DNA from: a bacterium
GTDB lineage: Bacteria > Margulisbacteria > Marinamargulisbacteria > JAHFDA01
Assembly: GCA_023249225.1 (NCBI GenBank)
Contig: JAHFDA010000006.1
Location: 1,349-65,348 of the forward strand
Length of the DNA: 64,000 bases
Reading direction: 5' to 3'
Shown here one piece after another: positions 50,577 through 59,892 of the stretch. A program made the position numbers and the translations under genes. The notes below the pieces were generated by a model, which was given only the letters and a program-made list of their open reading frames with translations, made no database searches and was not told where the DNA came from. Positions within the stretch are counted from its first letter, which is position 1. Every line of letters starts with the position of its first letter.

Positions 50577-51430
50577 AACAACACATCCGCGCTGACAAAG
50601 AGGCAGAAGACCACGGCGATGGCCCCGTTGGCGGTAAAGAATGCTGCATTGGCTTGATCCAAGCGGTTTCCCCGCAGCAACCAGTGTTCGTACACCAAAA
50701 AGACCACCACCACCATGAGCCCCACCTGTGCAAGCGCCCCGGCATGAACAAGTATTAAAAACTTTTGCAGCATGATGACCATGGCCAGGTGAAAAAATTT
50801 GCTGATTTTTAGTGCCGCTGGAATTCCGAAGAGTTGCGGAATTGAAAACACCTGCCCCGAGGCGCGGTCAAATTCCGCATCCTGACAGGCATAGATGATG
50901 TCAAAGCCTGCCACCCAAAAAAGTACCGCCAGACATAGCCATAGCGAGGGTATCCAAATAGTTCCGGTTACCGCCACGGCGGCTCCGATGGGGGCAAGGC
51001 CGAGCGCCAAACCAAGTGCCAGGTGACTCATGCTGGTCAAGCGCTTGGTGTACGAATATCCAAGCAAGACGGCCAGGGTAGGCAGCGACAGAGCAAAAGC
51101 CAGTGGGTTTACAAAAAAAGTGGCGGCGATAAATAACACCGCATGGGTCAGACAAAATAAAAGCGCATAGCGGCGGCTTAAAATGCCTTTAGGAATGTGC
51201 CGCTCGCGGGTGCGCGGGTTTTGGGCGTCAATGTCGGCATCGGCCCAGCGGTTAAAGGCCATGGCTGCATTGCGGGCGCTGACCATGCAAAATACGATCA
51301 GCGCCGTGATGTGCCACTGTGGAAGACCCCCGGCAGCATAAAGTATCGACACCAGCGCAAAGGGCAAGGCAAAAATGGAGTGTGAAAATTTGATCATCTC
51401 AAACGTCATGAGGATTTTTTTAAAAAGCAT
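50573..51430 (-). CDS. UbiA-family aromatic prenyltransferase (MenA/1,4-dihydroxy-naphthoate prenyltransferase-like)
   Basis: NRWADADIDAQNPRTRERHIP is the UbiA Asp-rich motif NxxxDxxxD. It is a polytopic membrane protein. The start MLFKK overlaps the upstream stop (TAATG). Confidence 0.8.
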   Translation of the reverse strand: MLFKKILMTFEMIKFSHSIFALPFALVSILYAAGGLPQWHITALIVFCMVSARNAAMAFNRWADADIDAQNPRTRERHIPKGILSRRYALLFCLTHAVLFIAATFFVNPLAFALSLPTLAVLLGYSYTKRLTSMSHLALGLALGLAPIGAAVAVTGTIWIPSLWLCLAVLFWVAGFDIIYACQDAEFDRASGQVFSIPQLFGIPAALKISKFFHLAMVIMLQKFLILVHAGALAQVGLMVVVVFLVYEHWLLRGNRLDQANAAFFTANGAIAVVFCLFVSADVLF

Positions 51431-52200
51431 TACAGCAGGGTGACCAAAAGCTGCTTGCATTTTTCTAAATTTTCCTCATCTTCAATCGACCACAGCGGAC
51501 GAATAGCGGTGGTAAAGGCCTGATCAAGATATTTTTTAGCAATCTCTTTTTCGCCTTTTTCATGGTAGGCAAAAGCCAGACTTTTAAGCGCGCTGATGCT
51601 GGCTTCGCGGTCCACCGCCTCAAGCCCGTAATGCACGGCCTTGTCTTTGCTACCGATACTGATGGGCCAAGGTGGAGCCTGGCGGTAAAGTTCACTAAGG
51701 AGCACCCGCGCCGACACGTTGTCCGGATTTAAGATCAGCACGGTCTGCATAATTTCTTTAACTTTGCTTACGGCAAACAAGCTGGACAGAATGCCGCGAT
51801 TTTGTGCGGCCCGGCTGATGGCCATGCCGTACCAGAGCTGGGCCTGCCATAACCTGGGCCGGGCGTTGACGGCTTCAAGTCCGTGGTGCTCTGCCAGCTC
51901 AAAGTAATTTTTTTTCTGGTCGGCATTTTCGGACAGCAATCCAAGTCCGATGTAAATCCGCGCCAGGCGCCAGTGCGCAGAAGCAATGTTGGGCCCGTTG
52001 GTCTCGGCAACCTCTTTTAAAATACGGACGGCCCGTAACTGGGTTTCAAGATTAGGGCGGTCTGCGTACAAACGGTCGGTATTCAGTAATATGGCGTCAA
52101 CGGGTTCATCTGCCCTAAGCAGGGTCCCCGTCGCTACAAGCAGCCCACAGAGCAACAGGATGCTTAGAAGTTTACGGATCAATGTGACGCGTCTTTCCAC
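51430..52200 (-). CDS. Secreted TPR/Sel1-like repeat protein, hypothetical
   Basis: It has an N-terminal signal peptide (LLLCGLLVATGTLLRA) and helical repeats. Confidence 0.5.
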   Translation of the reverse strand: MERRVTLIRKLLSILLLCGLLVATGTLLRADEPVDAILLNTDRLYADRPNLETQLRAVRILKEVAETNGPNIASAHWRLARIYIGLGLLSENADQKKNYFELAEHHGLEAVNARPRLWQAQLWYGMAISRAAQNRGILSSLFAVSKVKEIMQTVLILNPDNVSARVLLSELYRQAPPWPISIGSKDKAVHYGLEAVDREASISALKSLAFAYHEKGEKEIAKKYLDQAFTTAIRPLWSIEDEENLEKCKQLLVTLL

Positions 52201-52766
52201 GCTTTGTGCAAGCGTTGCGGCAGGTCAAAATGATCAAGGATTCGTCCGACTACAAAATTCACCAGATCATCAATCGATTTTGGACGCTGATAAAAACCGG
52301 GGTTGGCGTCCAAAATAGTGGCGCCCGCCAAGGCCAGCGCATGCATGTTGCCAAGGTGAATGACGCTGTACGGCGTTTCGCGCGGAACCAACACCAGTTT
52401 GCGGCCTTCTTTTAAACACACGTCTGCGGCGCGCTGCAGCAGGTTTTGCGACAGGCCACCTGCGATGCTTCCCAAAGTTCCGACCGAACAAGGCACCACA
52501 ACCATTCCCATGGTTTTAAAACTACCCGAGGCGATGGGGGCGAAAAAATCATTAATCTGATGGCGGATCAACTTTCGCTTGGGCAACCAATTTTTGCCAA
52601 GTTCATAGGTAGCCACTTTTTCGCCGTTTTCTGAAACCACCAAATGCACCTCGATGTTCGCAGGAATTGTCTCGATCAGCCTTTTGGCGTATAGGCTGCC
52701 GCTGGCGCCGGTGATGCCGACGATCAAGCGTGAAGCGTGAAGCGTGAAGCGTGAAGAATTCGTCAT
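52179..52766 (-). CDS. ubiX: Flavin prenyltransferase UbiX. The start is either the ATG at 52766, which is coupled to the menG stop, or the TTG at 52727.
   Basis: RLIVGITGASGSLYAKRLIE is the UbiX N-terminal signature. The heptamer repeat array lies between the two candidate starts. Confidence 0.8.
   Translation of the reverse strand: MTNSSRFTLHASRLIVGITGASGSLYAKRLIETIPANIEVHLVVSENGEKVATYELGKNWLPKRKLIRHQINDFFAPIASGSFKTMGMVVVPCSVGTLGSIAGGLSQNLLQRAADVCLKEGRKLVLVPRETPYSVIHLGNMHALALAGATILDANPGFYQRPKSIDDLVNFVVGRILDHFDLPQRLHKAWKDASH
52728..52755. repeat. Tandem heptamer (GCGTGAA)x4 at the 5' end of ubiX
   Basis: Read directly from the sequence. It is identical to the array at 33641-33661. Confidence 0.8.
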
Positions 52767-53482
52767 GGCTTTGTCCCGATAAAGCAACTCACCACACCAA
52801 AGGTCATGGAGTGGACGTGGCAGTTTGAAAAGCCAGACTGTTCCATCAATTTTAAAAAAGCGGGGCGGGGCGGAAACTTTCCGACCGAGTCGGGCAGATA
52901 CGTGTAGGCCCGGGAGTCGCGGCTGATGAGGGCACCCAGGCGTGGGAGGATTTTGCTGAAATACAGTTTGAATAAGGGGCCAAACACGGGGTGGTGGGTG
53001 TCGTTGAATTCAAGGATGACGGCTTTTCCGCCCGGGTAGAGAACACGGCGCATTTCGCGCAGACCCCGTTCCAGATCGGCCACGTTGCGGATGCCAAAAG
53101 CCACCGATGTCAGGTTAAAACTTTCATCGGCAAAAGGCAGGGCTAGCGTATCGGCCTGGGAGATGTTCAGCTTGTGTTCCAGCGCTGTTCCGGCCACTTT
53201 GGCACGGAAAAGTTCCAGCATGGGCGCCACAAAATCTGTTCCAGTTACCCTTCCGTTGGGACCGAGACGGTGGGCAAACTCGATGGCCAAGTCGCCGGTG
53301 CCACAACACACATCCAGAATCTGCGCGTCTGGTTGTGCCGCAGCCAGCGTGACAGACTTGCGACGCCAGTAACGGTCTACATTTAAACTTAAAAGATGGT
53401 TTAAAAAATCGTAGCGAGGCGCAATACGCGCAAACATGTCCTGTACGTAGGTGGCCTTGTCGACAGCGGAGAAGGTGTTCAA
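52763..53482 (-). CDS. ubiE: Demethylmenaquinone/ubiquinone C-methyltransferase
   Basis: YDFLNHLLSLNVDRYWRR is the UbiE/MenG signature. It also has the SAM-binding DVCCGTGD. Confidence 0.85.
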   Translation of the reverse strand: MNTFSAVDKATYVQDMFARIAPRYDFLNHLLSLNVDRYWRRKSVTLAAAQPDAQILDVCCGTGDLAIEFAHRLGPNGRVTGTDFVAPMLELFRAKVAGTALEHKLNISQADTLALPFADESFNLTSVAFGIRNVADLERGLREMRRVLYPGGKAVILEFNDTHHPVFGPLFKLYFSKILPRLGALISRDSRAYTYLPDSVGKFPPRPAFLKLMEQSGFSNCHVHSMTFGVVSCFIGTKP

Positions 53483-53745
53483 GACGGTACTGCTTCGAGC
53501 GCGGTTTTAAGCTGACCCTTACGATCCCATTCCGAAAGTTCGTCAAAGCCGCCGATCAGCTTGCCATCCAGCAAAATGATGGGAACGGTGCTGTGGCCAT
53601 AGCTTGATTTAACAGTGGTGATTTGCGCATCGTCTCCGGATAAATTAATTTCTTCAAATTCGATTTTACGTTCGTTGAGCAAGCGCTTGGCGGCCAGGCA
53701 ATAGGTACAGTAGGTGGTGCTGTACAGGGTGATGCGGGGTTTCAT
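53479..53745 (-). CDS. Glutaredoxin-family protein
   Basis: It has a YSTTYCTYCLAAKRLL CxxC motif, TVPIILLDGKLIGGFDEL, and a thioredoxin-fold size of 88 aa. Confidence 0.7.
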   Translation of the reverse strand: MKPRITLYSTTYCTYCLAAKRLLNERKIEFEEINLSGDDAQITTVKSSYGHSTVPIILLDGKLIGGFDELSEWDRKGQLKTALEAVPS

Positions 53746-53750
53746 GACGG

Positions 53751-54089
53751 CTAGTTAAAATGAACTTTGGGTTTTACGTGTACCTTTAGGCCGTTTTGCA
53801 GGTCGTGTAAAACCTTTTCAAGATCATGCATCAGGCGGTTAATTGAAAAACCGCTTTCTTTTTTTTCCAGATCCTTAAGTTTGCTATAACCGTCAAGGAT
53901 CATGGTAATCGCTTGTTCATTTTCTTCGTTCTCATAGTGGCAAAAACCGCGGTTGATATGGCCGAGGCTCTTGAAAATTTTTTTTTCTTGCTCATCCATG
54001 TCTGCAGGGGCAGTTAAAAAAACTTCTTGAGCTTCAAAATATTGCCCGTCGTCAAAGAGCAAAAGTACGTCTTCTAGTTTAGAGTGCAA
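53751..54089 (-). CDS. DUF309-like protein
   Basis: LFDDGQYFEAQEVFL resembles the DUF309 FxxGxYFEAHExLE motif. Confidence 0.4.
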   Translation of the reverse strand: MHSKLEDVLLLFDDGQYFEAQEVFLTAPADMDEQEKKIFKSLGHINRGFCHYENEENEQAITMILDGYSKLKDLEKKESGFSINRLMHDLEKVLHDLQNGLKVHVKPKVHFN

Positions 54090-54154
54090 GGTGGCTTTAT
54101 TTTAACCCGGATTGTCGACTCTTGGGACTGCCAAACAAGGTTGTTTTAACCCGC

Positions 54155-54228
54155 CACTGTTCATACTTTACTCGTAGGCGGGTTCCCATGTGTAATAGTC
54201 CGCTTCATATGCGTGAATAATCCGGGTT
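54155..54228. repeat. Dispersed repeat copy A (about 74 bp, core GTAATAGTCCGCTTCATATGCGTGAATAATCCGGG)
   Basis: It is near-identical to 60640-60708 and shares its 35-bp core with 62248-62282. Confidence 0.8.
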
Positions 54229-54346
54229 TAAACCAAAGTTCCGTTTGGATGGTCTTAAAGAGGACAGAACAACCCATGAGCATTAGGCGATACAATCGAA
54301 AACGATCAATACTTATTTTTACTGGATTTTTCGAGGAGTTTTATAG

Positions 54347-56749
54347 ATGTCAAGGCTTCTAAATCGGCACACTGCACTACGAATGAAGCCATGGCTTCCA
54401 ATGCTGCTGTTTGCTGGTGCCTGCAACGATTATCACTTGGGCACATATAACACGGTGGAACTTTCGGTCTCGGATGCCAGCTGGGGTCCGACGGAGTGCG
54501 GGGGGACATCCGTATTCAAAGTTTCTGAAGACGGAGCTGCCACGGTCGACGGTCAAGTGTCGGGTTACGTTAAAACCATCGACGGACGCTGGAAGGTGGC
54601 GGGCAGCGATGCCGGCACGGCAGACTTTGAAGGTTGTTTCAGCTCCGATGAATGTTCAACCCACTTTGCCTATACGGCTGGAACTCCCGCAGCCTTTGAA
54701 AAAATCAAACTTACCGTTGAAGTAGGTGATGCTGCTGGCATCAGTACCCTAAGTGACAGCGTTTCAATATACACCGACCAAAAGCCTGCGGGCGAAATGG
54801 TGGCACCTGCGGACGGGAGCCGTTCTATATATGGCGATACCGTGGCCATGATTGGCACTGCCTGGGATACCGAGGACTGTTCGACCCAGCTAAACATGTC
54901 GTTTTATAGCAGCTTGGATGGTTTGCTGGCAGAGGACGTAGCCGTGGATGGCTTTGGACTGGGGCAACTTAACATCAGCAATCTTACGGTCGGCGATCAT
55001 GCACTTTATTTAAAGGTCACGGACAGCATGCAGCAAAGCTCGTTTTCCAGCACCATGACTTTTACTGTATGGCCGCAGGAATCCTGCAACGGCATTGATG
55101 ATGATGGCGATGGCGAAATTCCGGCAGACGAGGTCGACAACGACGGCGATGGCTATCGTTTATGCAACGGAGACTGCAACGATCAGGATGCCACCGTGCA
55201 CCCCAACGCACCGGAGCTATGCGACGACATTGATAACGACTGCGACGGCGAAATCGAAGATCCCGGCCTGGAAGTCTGGGATGGCTGGGACAACGACTGT
55301 GATGGTACGGTGGACCAAATTCCGCTCGAAACCGCAGATGCCAATTATATTGGCGAAGAAGGTGAAGACCACGCCGGGCTGGCGCTGGCATCGGCCGGCG
55401 ACGTGGATGGCGATGGTCTCGGGGACGTTTTGATTGCTGCGCCGCACAACGATTATGCCGGAACGGGCACCGGGGCGCTTTATTTGATACTTGGCAAAAC
55501 GATTGCGGCCTACAGTGGGGCGGTGTCCATTGATCTTTCAATGGCCGATTACATTTTTACTGGAATTGATAGTGAGGTGGCCGGTATTTCTGTAGCCGGT
55601 CTGGGCGACGTCAACGGCGACGGTTATGCAGATTTTCTTGTAGGCGCATATCACAACTATATGACGGACAACTCCGCCGGAGCGGCCTACCTGGTGCCTG
55701 GCCGCGCGGATTTTGGAACAGCGCAACGGCAAACGCTCGCGGATGTTGCGGCAGTGGTTTACTACGGCGAGGCTTCGCAAAACTGGGCGGGCTATTCCGT
55801 TGCAGCTGCGGGTGATGTCAACGCCGATGGGTTCATGGACTATCTGATTGGTGCTCCCGGGGCCTCAAATTCCGCTGGAAGCACGCAGGCTGGCAAGACG
55901 TATTTGCTTTTCGGTTACGAAAGCCCCGAATGCATCCCCGAAGTTTATCTGGCGGATGTTTCGACGGTGTTTGAGGGCGAGAACACGGGTGATGAGAGTG
56001 GCTTTAGCGTTTCCGGCGCAGGTGATACCAATGGCGATGGGTATGGCGACATACTCATTGGAGCTTTTGAAAATGGCGAGGCGGGAGATGGTGCCGGTAA
56101 AACGTATTTGATTCTTGGACGCGAGGATTTTGGCGTCGAAGCATTCAGCCTTGCGAACGCCGATGAAATGTTTCTTGGCGAAACGGCTTGGGACTTCAGC
56201 GCGTATGCGGTTTCCGGAACGGGCGATCTGAACGGCGATGGTCTTACAGACTTTGCCATTGGCGCGCCTTATAACGATGAGTCCTATGACAAGGCAGGCA
56301 AGATCTATGTTGTGCTTGGCAAAACCAGTTTTGGCAGTCACGCAGCCACCTCACTTGCGGCGGCCGATTATGCCTTGCTCGGCACAGAATCCGATGTCCA
56401 CGCCGGTTTATCACTTTCAAGCCTTGGCGATGTGGACCAGGACGGACGCGCGGATTTTGTGGTGGGCGAACCCAAGGCACATGACGAAAATGTCGGTGAA
56501 TCCTACGTGATTATGGGCAATGTACTCACCGAACGTTATTCCATTGGCGACGAGATCATGCTCTGGGATGCCTCTGCCCTGTTCTGGGGCGAGTATCCGG
56601 GTGATTACAGCGGTTATACAGTTGCTGCTGCCGGAGATGTCACCGGAGATGGATATCCAGAACTTTTAATTGGTGCCTACGCCAACGACGAGGGCGGAGA
56701 CTACGGCGCGGGCAAGGCGTATTTGGTGCTGAATTATTTTGGGGAGTGA
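54347..56749 (+). CDS. Lipoprotein with a Cys-rich MopE-like CxDxDxDG metal-binding motif and FG-GAP (integrin-alpha beta-propeller) repeats
   Basis: It has a lipobox (LLFAGAC), CNGIDDDGDGEIPADEVDNDGDGYRLCNGDCNDQD, and repeated GDVNGDGYADFLVGA FG-GAP units. Confidence 0.7.
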   Translation: MSRLLNRHTALRMKPWLPMLLFAGACNDYHLGTYNTVELSVSDASWGPTECGGTSVFKVSEDGAATVDGQVSGYVKTIDGRWKVAGSDAGTADFEGCFSSDECSTHFAYTAGTPAAFEKIKLTVEVGDAAGISTLSDSVSIYTDQKPAGEMVAPADGSRSIYGDTVAMIGTAWDTEDCSTQLNMSFYSSLDGLLAEDVAVDGFGLGQLNISNLTVGDHALYLKVTDSMQQSSFSSTMTFTVWPQESCNGIDDDGDGEIPADEVDNDGDGYRLCNGDCNDQDATVHPNAPELCDDIDNDCDGEIEDPGLEVWDGWDNDCDGTVDQIPLETADANYIGEEGEDHAGLALASAGDVDGDGLGDVLIAAPHNDYAGTGTGALYLILGKTIAAYSGAVSIDLSMADYIFTGIDSEVAGISVAGLGDVNGDGYADFLVGAYHNYMTDNSAGAAYLVPGRADFGTAQRQTLADVAAVVYYGEASQNWAGYSVAAAGDVNADGFMDYLIGAPGASNSAGSTQAGKTYLLFGYESPECIPEVYLADVSTVFEGENTGDESGFSVSGAGDTNGDGYGDILIGAFENGEAGDGAGKTYLILGREDFGVEAFSLANADEMFLGETAWDFSAYAVSGTGDLNGDGLTDFAIGAPYNDESYDKAGKIYVVLGKTSFGSHAATSLAAADYALLGTESDVHAGLSLSSLGDVDQDGRADFVVGEPKAHDENVGESYVIMGNVLTERYSIGDEIMLWDASALFWGEYPGDYSGYTVAAAGDVTGDGYPELLIGAYANDEGGDYGAGKAYLVLNYFGE

Positions 56750-56756
56750 AAACAGA

Positions 56757-59204
56757 ATGATGTCACATCGTAAAATCGCCTTGATTATTCCGCGCCAAAT
56801 TATTTTTGCAACGGCTCTGTTTGTAACGCCTGCCTGCAGCGAGTATCACTTTAGCTATCAAAATTCCGTGCAGATTAAACCCGAAAACGCCGTGCGCGGT
56901 TCCGCAGTTTGTGACGGCAAAGACATGGATAAGGTTCCCGAGGACAGCGCTATAGATTTGCGTGCCGATTTTCATATTCAGGGGAACGTTAGAAGCGCTC
57001 AATGGGTCATGGAAAATGGGGACACCTATGACGCCAGTATTGCCGACTGCGTGGCCGATGAAGATTGCAGTGCTTATTCCGAAACCTCCGTTGAAGCGGC
57101 GGACGGAGGTTTAACTCGTCAAACCGGGATCACGGCCAACGTAAGCACAGATATCGGCATGACCACCGTAAGCGATTCGGTGGGTATTTATACCGACGCC
57201 AAGCCTCAAATTTCAGTGGCTTCACCAGCGGATGGCGACGCCTTTCTTTACGGTGACGACATCAATATGGTGATTGCGGTCAATGATACCGAGGATTGCA
57301 GGGACGACCTGAAAATATCGATTGGCAGCAGCGCCGATGGTGTGCTGGCGCAAGATCTGGCGCCGTCATCGAGCGGGGTACTCACGTATACGCTGTCGTC
57401 TTTAAGTACTGGCGATTACACCCTGATTGTTTATACGACCGATTCGATGGGCCAAATTGCCTCTACGTCCATTGATATTACGGTGATGGCGGTCGAAGAG
57501 TGCAACGGCCTCGATGATGACGGCGACGGGGTCATTCCGGTTGACGAACAAGATTACGATGGCGACGGCTACATGCTGTGCGAGGACGATTGCAACGATC
57601 AAAACGACCATGTGCATCCCGACGCCGACGAAGTTTGCGACGGCATCGACAATGACTGCGATGAAGAGATCGACGAGGATCCCGTGACCTCCGCCGAAGT
57701 ATGGAATGGCATCGACGACGACTGCGATGGCACCATCGACCGCATTCCCTTAAGCACGGCGGATTATATGTACACCGGTCAGGAAGAGAGCGATGGAAGC
57801 GGTTATTTTGTTTCCCCGGCCGGCGACGTGGACGGCGACGGCCTTGGCGATATTTTAATTGGCGCGCCTCTTTGGGCAGGCCACCCGTCCACCGAAACGG
57901 GAATGATTTATTTAATCCTCGGAAAAACCATTGCGGCTTACGGAAGCAGTTTTCTTTCGATTAGTCTTGCGGATGCAGACTACATCTTTGAGGGAGACCA
58001 ATATTCCGAAGGCCTGGGTTATCAGGGCGCCAGCGCGGGCGACGTCAACGGCGACGGTTATGATGATTTTGTGCTGGGCGCGTCTTGTAATGATGTCGTC
58101 GAAGAATGCGAGCCCAGCACCTATCTTGTGCTTGGACGCGCAGACTTTGGCTCGTCCAAAAATATTTCTTTAAGTAACACAGGAGTCCTCTTTTACAATG
58201 ATCTTGAGACGCTTGCAAGCTTTACCTACGCTACCGGAGCCGGGGACATTAATGCCGACGGGTACACGGATCTGATCATCACCGTGCCCTATGCCTATTC
58301 GTTGGATGGTGCCGAAGAAGCCGTGGGCCGCGTGTATTTGCTTTTTGGGAGCGCGGACATTGAGTCAGAATCGGGCCTGTATCTATCCGAAATGGATCTG
58401 GCTTTTGTGGGGGAGCATGGCGACGATGGTATTTATATGGCGGCGGCGGGCGCCGGAGATACCAATGGCGATGGTTATGACGATATCCTGATTGGCTCCA
58501 AATACAATGACGCAGCGGGCTACAGCGCCGGGCAGACGTATTTGATTTTAGGGCGTGAGGCTGGAGATTTTGAAAGTTTTTATTTTTCGCTGGCCGATGC
58601 CGATGAAAAATTCCTTGGTGAAGATGAATACGAGTTTAGTGGCTATGCGGTGGCGGGCAGCGGCGATGTCAATGGCGATGGCCTTTCGGACTTTGTGGTT
58701 GGCGCGCCGCACCACGGGCGCTATGACCGTAACGGCATGACCTATCTCATTTTTGGATCAAATTCTTTTGGCAGCGGTACGGCGCGCAGCCTGGCAACGG
58801 CGGACTACGGTTTTACGGGCGATGCCTACTACGAATATTCCGGCTGGGCGCTGGCGGGTCTTGGAGATGTGGATGCTGATGGTCTTTCGGACTTTGCGAT
58901 TGGCGCGCCGTACGCGCACCTGGCGTCCGACGGCACGTATGAAATGTCGGGGCATACCTACGTGGTCAATGCGGCCATGCTCGCCAGTCATGATCTGCAC
59001 GAAACCATTAACCTTTACTATGACGCCTCGGCGCTGTTTTGGGGCGAGCATTATATGGATCTAAGCGGTTCGTCCGTATCTTCGGCGGGAGATGTCAACG
59101 GCGACGGCTATCCCGATCTTTTAATTGGCGCCTACCAGAGCGAAGGCGGCGGTTTGGAATATTCGGGCAAGACGTATTTGGTGATTAACCGGTTTGGGGA
59201 GTAA
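56757..59204 (+). CDS. Tandem paralog: MopE-motif/FG-GAP repeat lipoprotein
   Basis: It has the same architecture as the gene at 54347-56749 (CNGLDDDGDGVIPVDEQDYDGDGYMLCEDDCNDQ and GDVNGDGY... repeats). The ATG follows a GGGGAG Shine-Dalgarno sequence. Confidence 0.7.
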   Translation: MMSHRKIALIIPRQIIFATALFVTPACSEYHFSYQNSVQIKPENAVRGSAVCDGKDMDKVPEDSAIDLRADFHIQGNVRSAQWVMENGDTYDASIADCVADEDCSAYSETSVEAADGGLTRQTGITANVSTDIGMTTVSDSVGIYTDAKPQISVASPADGDAFLYGDDINMVIAVNDTEDCRDDLKISIGSSADGVLAQDLAPSSSGVLTYTLSSLSTGDYTLIVYTTDSMGQIASTSIDITVMAVEECNGLDDDGDGVIPVDEQDYDGDGYMLCEDDCNDQNDHVHPDADEVCDGIDNDCDEEIDEDPVTSAEVWNGIDDDCDGTIDRIPLSTADYMYTGQEESDGSGYFVSPAGDVDGDGLGDILIGAPLWAGHPSTETGMIYLILGKTIAAYGSSFLSISLADADYIFEGDQYSEGLGYQGASAGDVNGDGYDDFVLGASCNDVVEECEPSTYLVLGRADFGSSKNISLSNTGVLFYNDLETLASFTYATGAGDINADGYTDLIITVPYAYSLDGAEEAVGRVYLLFGSADIESESGLYLSEMDLAFVGEHGDDGIYMAAAGAGDTNGDGYDDILIGSKYNDAAGYSAGQTYLILGREAGDFESFYFSLADADEKFLGEDEYEFSGYAVAGSGDVNGDGLSDFVVGAPHHGRYDRNGMTYLIFGSNSFGSGTARSLATADYGFTGDAYYEYSGWALAGLGDVDADGLSDFAIGAPYAHLASDGTYEMSGHTYVVNAAMLASHDLHETINLYYDASALFWGEHYMDLSGSSVSSAGDVNGDGYPDLLIGAYQSEGGGLEYSGKTYLVINRFGE

Positions 59205-59340
59205 TAGCCCTCTAGCGTAGTGCGGGCTAAAGAAGTCAGAGGCAGGAGTGGCAACGCCTGACCTGTGTCGACGGCACAGGGTGAGCGGCGACAGGTAAAC
59301 ATGTTTAATTATCCTGTACATAAGGGTACAGTATAGTTAT

Positions 59341-59892
59341 ATGCTAAAATCTCATGTTTCGGCTTTGTTACGCAGTGAACAAAGACTGTTTCATGTGCAG
59401 GATTTAGCGGCACTGTGGCAGATGCAAAACCTGAATACCTTACATACCACGCTGTCAAGGTATTGCCGCAAAGGGCTATTGTTTAGGGTTTATCGGGGTT
59501 TGTATAGCAAAGTTCCATGGCAGTACCTGGATGCGCTTGAATTGGGGGCCAAAGCCATACACGGTTTTAACTATCTTAGCTGCGAGTCTGTATTGGTACA
59601 GCATGGTTTAATCAATGCGCAGCCAGCGGTGTTGAGCTTTGTGGCAGAAAAACCCAAAGTCTTTAGCATAGGCACGTATCACTATAGGTGCCGCCAAATG
59701 AGCGCGGCTTTTTTGTTTAATCCCTTAGGAGTTCAAAAACAAGGGCCAATCAAAATTGCTTCGGCAACGCGGGCTTTGGCCGATATGTTTTATTACAACC
59801 CGATGACGCATATCGATGGAAAATACAACCGGCAAAAAGTAAGCGAAATGATGTCTGCGATTGGTTATGCCCAACCAAGGTACAGCGTATGA
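59341..59892 (+). CDS. AbiEi-like antitoxin/transcriptional regulator (type IV TA)
   Basis: It is 183 aa and sits immediately upstream of the AbiEii-like nucleotidyltransferase, overlapping it by 4 nt. The N-terminus looks wHTH-like. Confidence 0.5.
   Translation: MLKSHVSALLRSEQRLFHVQDLAALWQMQNLNTLHTTLSRYCRKGLLFRVYRGLYSKVPWQYLDALELGAKAIHGFNYLSCESVLVQHGLINAQPAVLSFVAEKPKVFSIGTYHYRCRQMSAAFLFNPLGVQKQGPIKIASATRALADMFYYNPMTHIDGKYNRQKVSEMMSAIGYAQPRYSV

Noticed and set aside
55062-56341. Antisense ORFs of 100-160 aa within the FG-GAP gene
   Set aside because: They are Arg/Pro/His-rich shadows of the GC-rich Asp/Gly codons of the FG-GAP repeats.
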